A DNA stretch of 64,000 bases. It comes from Spirochaetia bacterium (GTDB lineage Bacteria > Spirochaetota > Spirochaetia > CAKZLE01). Position 1 is the first letter of the stretch. Each line of letters begins with the position of its first letter. The stretch covers positions 288,001-352,000 of the forward strand of contig OY782041.1 of NCBI GenBank assembly GCA_963677595.1, read 5' to 3'. Below the pieces are notes generated by a model, which saw only the letters and a list, made by a program, of their open reading frames with translations, had not been told where the DNA came from and made no database searches. This document shows, one piece after another, positions 62,131-64,000 of this stretch. A program made the translations under genes and the position numbers.

Positions 62131-62337
62131 GCACATTTGTTCTGCACATTTGTTCTTATTAAAAACACATTACCATAGGGATTCCAGGTTGTCAAGAAAA
62201 AATATGTTAATTCTACCCTCTGTAAAGGCAGTCATTTTCATCTCCAAAACTGACGGTACTAAGTTTATTACATATTTGACAGATGGGGAAACCCATGCTA
62301 ACGTAATTGAGGAACATATTTTATGCACATTTGTTAT
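62131..62337. promoter_or_regulatory. Tandem 13-bp operator-like repeats in the divergent promoter
   Basis: GCACATTTGTTCT twice (62131-62156) and GAACATATTTTAT-GCACATTTGTTAT (62312-62337). Confidence 0.55.
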
Positions 62338-62381
62338 TTCCTAATCGATAAAATATATTTCAGGTAGAAAGGAGAAGAAGT

Positions 62382-63911
62382 ATGGGGAACAGTTATATCA
62401 TAGGTATTGATGCCGGCACCTCAATGGTTAAAAGCATTGTTTTTGGTAAGGGGGGAGAAGAACTTGCTGTCTCGAGCCGTAAGGTAGAGCTTATCATTCC
62501 TTCCCAGGGCCGGGTAGAACAGAACATGGATGAGGTATGGGATTCTGTGGCTGAAACCATTCGCGAGGTCCTGACTATGACAGCCATAGACCCAAATGAT
62601 GTGGCAGCTGTCGCTGTCACTGCAGAAGGTGACGGTTTATGGATGATCGGCTATGACGGTAACCCGGCAGGGAATGCCATCAACTGGATGGACAGCCGGG
62701 GGTCAGATCTCTGTGTAAGATGGTACACTGATGGTACGGCAACCAAGATTTATGGAGTAAACGGTTTCCCCATGTATCCAGGCAATTACCTCTGTCTGGT
62801 TCGCTGGGTGATAGAGAACGATCCCGAACTTCTGGAAAACACCGCCTGGCTCGCTGACTGTAAAGACTGGCTGAAGTTCAAGATGACCGGAAAAGTCAGC
62901 AGGGATGAGAGCATGGCCCTGCTGCACGATATCGCCACCACAGAATTCGAACCTGCCATGATCGAGATCTGCGGGTTTGAATCCGTGAAGGATAAATTCC
63001 CCGAGACCTTAGGATGCCTGGAGAACCATGCACCGCTCACTGAGGACATGGCGGTTAAACTGGGATTGCCGGCAGGGATTCCGGTATTTGGCGGGCCCTT
63101 CGATGTCATTGCCTGTGCTGTGGGGGCAGGAGTCCTGGGTGAGGGAGATGCCTCAGTGACGATTGGGACAACAACCATGGTGGCATTGGGCCAGAACAGC
63201 CCGTATGTGGACTCTATCAGCCCTACCCTCAATAACGGCTTCCCGAATAGCTGGTTACGGGTACAGGGCGTCATGACCGGTACACCCAACATCGAATGGG
63301 CTATAAAGAATCTCGGAATGAAATATGAAGAATCCGCAAAACTCAACAACTGCTCCATCTATGAAGAGATTGAGCGGCACATATCCACCGTCAACCCCGG
63401 CTGTGACGGGGTCATGTATCACCCATACCTCTCACCGTCCGGGGAACGGTCGCCTTTCGTCAAACCATCTGCCAAGGCCCAGTTCTTTGGGATTTCCACT
63501 GAGCACACGACAGATCACCTGTTTCGCGCCGTCTACGAAGGTATCGGGTTCTCGGTCATGAACTGTATTGATTTGAGCCAAGCCACCCTGAAATCTTTGC
63601 GGCTGATCGGTGGCGGGTCCAAGAGCCCGTTCCTATGCCAGCTCATGGCAGACATGACAGGGTTGGAAATTCTGGTGGTCGACGGTGAGCAGGTCGGGGC
63701 AAGGGGCAGTTCCATTGTTGCCAGCGTCGCACTTAACCTGTACCCCTCAGCAGAAGAGGCACGGAACCAGTGCATCGAGATCAAGGGCAGATATACACCG
63801 AACCCGGAGCTTGTGGAAAAATACCAGAAGCTGTACAAGCTGTATGTTGCAGTCTATAAGAGCCTCTGGGATACCTGGGATCTTCGGGCAGAGATACTTC
63901 AAGGTCTGTAG
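62382..63911 (+). CDS. FGGY-family carbohydrate kinase
   Basis: GIDAGTS, WMDSR, IGTT, GERSPF, AVYEG and GGGSKS motifs. Confidence 0.9.
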   Translation: MGNSYIIGIDAGTSMVKSIVFGKGGEELAVSSRKVELIIPSQGRVEQNMDEVWDSVAETIREVLTMTAIDPNDVAAVAVTAEGDGLWMIGYDGNPAGNAINWMDSRGSDLCVRWYTDGTATKIYGVNGFPMYPGNYLCLVRWVIENDPELLENTAWLADCKDWLKFKMTGKVSRDESMALLHDIATTEFEPAMIEICGFESVKDKFPETLGCLENHAPLTEDMAVKLGLPAGIPVFGGPFDVIACAVGAGVLGEGDASVTIGTTTMVALGQNSPYVDSISPTLNNGFPNSWLRVQGVMTGTPNIEWAIKNLGMKYEESAKLNNCSIYEEIERHISTVNPGCDGVMYHPYLSPSGERSPFVKPSAKAQFFGISTEHTTDHLFRAVYEGIGFSVMNCIDLSQATLKSLRLIGGGSKSPFLCQLMADMTGLEILVVDGEQVGARGSSIVASVALNLYPSAEEARNQCIEIKGRYTPNPELVEKYQKLYKLYVAVYKSLWDTWDLRAEILQGL

Positions 63912-64000
63912 GAGAGTTTCCTCTTCAACACGGGTACTGAGGCACAATGGGGGTGGCGATGAGTCGCCCCAAGTGCAGCCCAGGATAATCATATATGGAG

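Overview
Bacterial chromosomal window, probably from an anaerobic Spirochaetota member (inferred from the long spirochaete-type NDK and N-terminal 'FAGGxKE/WANGGQE' export signals). A GC-rich backbone is interrupted by visibly AT-richer segments (about 17.65-29.45 kb, 33.5-34.4 kb, 42.3-43.0 kb, 49.1-50.9 kb, 58.8-64 kb). Contents in order: a TPR protein, PAS histidine kinase and family II pyrophosphatase; nucleoside/pyrimidine catabolism genes; a corrinoid methyl-transfer module (RamA-like activator, PocR/AraC regulator, cobalamin riboswitch, corrinoid protein, URO-D-thioredoxin fusion, CobW, MetH-activation-like protein); a sugar ABC/sulfatase/GH1/Gfo-Idh-MocA island; housekeeping genes (queH, ndk); a TetR-controlled ABC exporter; an rpn (PD-(D/E)XK) gene with a diverged tandem duplication of its C-terminal half; a HEPN/MNT toxin-antitoxin islet bracketed by a 111-bp direct repeat of the acyP 5' region; two intact IS1634-like elements with inverted repeats and target duplications; rubrerythrins; a two-component-linked exported Trx/DipZ/MsrBA cluster; and a form IV RuBisCO-like protein cluster with dehydrogenase, HAD phosphatase and FGGY kinase. 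The best candidates for new biology are: (1) an IS whose transposase and small Cys/His protein share a perfectly mirror-symmetric bidirectional promoter with a central palindrome; (2) the rpn C-terminal duplication, which looks like a stand-alone antitoxin copy; (3) the RLP sugar-catabolic cluster; (4) a B12 riboswitch in front of B12-requiring genes. No CRISPR array, rRNA or tRNA was seen. Family assignments come from motif recognition, not database searches.
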